From an uncultured Fidelibacterota bacterium (GTDB lineage Bacteria > Fidelibacterota > Marinisomatia > Marinisomatales > Marinisomataceae), in the NCBI GenBank assembly GCA_902629855.1, contig CACOSI010000001.1, forward strand, positions 91,846 to 155,845: a DNA stretch of 64,000 nucleotides. Reading direction: 5' to 3'. The translations under genes were made by a program, and so were the position numbers. The notes beneath the pieces are model-generated. The model saw only the letters and a list, made by a program, of their open reading frames with translations. It had not been told where the DNA came from and ran no database searches. Of the stretch, positions 63,322 to 64,000 are shown in pieces; within the stretch, counting starts at the first letter, position 1, and every line of letters begins with the position of its first letter.

Positions 63322-64000
63322 CTAATCTTTGTAACTTTCAATATCCGGACAAACACAAAAGAAATTTCTATCACCAAAAGCATTATCAATTCTAGAAACA
63401 TATGGCCAAAATTTATTTTCTTTTACCCAACTTGTCGGGAAAACAGCTTTTTCTTTTGAATACGGATGCAACCATTCTTCACATAGATCTTTGACGGTAT
63501 GTGGTGAATTAACAAGAACATTGTCTTCTTTGGACACCTTTTCTGATTCAATATCTTTTATTTCTTTTCTTATTGATATCATTGCATCACAAAACTTATC
63601 TAGTTCTGACTTTGATTCACTTTCAGTCGGCTCAATCATCAATGTTCCAGGAATTGGCCATGACATTGTTGGAGCATGAAAGCCATAATCAACTAATCTT
63701 TTAGCAATATCCTCATTAGTAATATTGGCAGAGTTTTTAAACTCTCTACAGTCAACAATGAATTCGTGAGCATTTAACCCACTATTACCTTTGTAGAGGA
63801 TTGAGTAGTCATTTTCAAGTCTTTTAGCCATATAATTTGCACTTAAAATTGCAATTTGAGATGCTTTTAATAATCCTTTTGCAGCCATCAACTTCATATA
63901 AATATATGATATTAGTAAAATGCTCGCACTTCCAAATGGGGAAGATGATACAGAGTAGGTATAGTCTTGATCTATAAACTTATGTTTTGGAAGATGCGGT
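63322..64000 (-). CDS. gcvP: glycine dehydrogenase (decarboxylating) C-terminal portion (GcvP or GcvPB); 5' end is outside the window
   Basis: The track shows 63322-63897, but I translated on to 64000 without a stop (…[26 protein letters not shown]…). Also present: …[23 protein letters not shown]…. Confidence 0.88.
   Translation of the reverse strand, partial: PHLPKHKFIDQDYTYSVSSSPFGSASILLISYIYMKLMAAKGLLKASQIAILSANYMAKRLENDYSILYKGNSGLNAHEFIVDCREFKNSANITNEDIAKRLVDYGFHAPTMSWPIPGTLMIEPTESESKSELDKFCDAMISIRKEIKDIESEKVSKEDNVLVNSPHTVKDLCEEWLHPYSKEKAVFPTSWVKENKFWPYVSRIDNAFGDRNFFCVCPDIESYKD

Overview
This is a 64-kb window of a very gene-dense, low-GC bacterial chromosome. By my gene calls only about 1.4 kb is non-coding. 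I call about 58 protein genes and saw no rRNA, tRNA, CRISPR array, transposase or integrase. Left part (minus strand): a surA-like gene (partial), mnmG, mnmE, yidC and rpmH. These diverge from dnaA, ssb, a plsC-like gene and a DoxX-like gene on the plus strand. From 23243 down to 8432 lies a 14.8-kb run of 13 co-oriented genes with spacers of 5 nt or less. It encodes the whole de novo purine pathway: purA-purL-purM-purQ/S fusion-purC-purE-purB-purF-purD-purN-(small membrane protein)-purH-qor. PurE looks like the class II (metazoan PAICS-like) type and no purK is present. Positions 24770-32301 hold a G+C-richer, GGT-biased three-gene outer-membrane module closed by a clean terminator. It comprises a CarbopepD_reg TonB-dependent receptor, a 1083-aa secreted protein with a T9SS/FlgD-Ig-like C-terminal sorting domain, and a PorV-like beta-barrel. 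I consider it the best candidate for an undescribed system: a SusD-less uptake module based on a T9SS-displayed partner. The right half is housekeeping: mgtE, proS, recO, ftsB, eno, amidase, folC, rho, aminotransferase, rpmE2, prfA, prmC, dnaE, pepP, ligA, an ABC-2 exporter, carAB and a partial gcvP. Embedded in it at 40.0-40.7 kb is a self-contained locus of two paralogous ~70-aa glycine-zipper membrane proteins. That locus has a canonical promoter, a leader (or sRNA) ending in an intrinsic terminator, the strongest SD sites in the window, and hairpins after each gene. The T9SS-type signals together with SD usage suggest an FCB-group, non-Bacteroidia marine oligotroph (for example Marinimicrobia-like). 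That placement is inference only. All function calls rest on motif and family recognition by eye; no searches were run.
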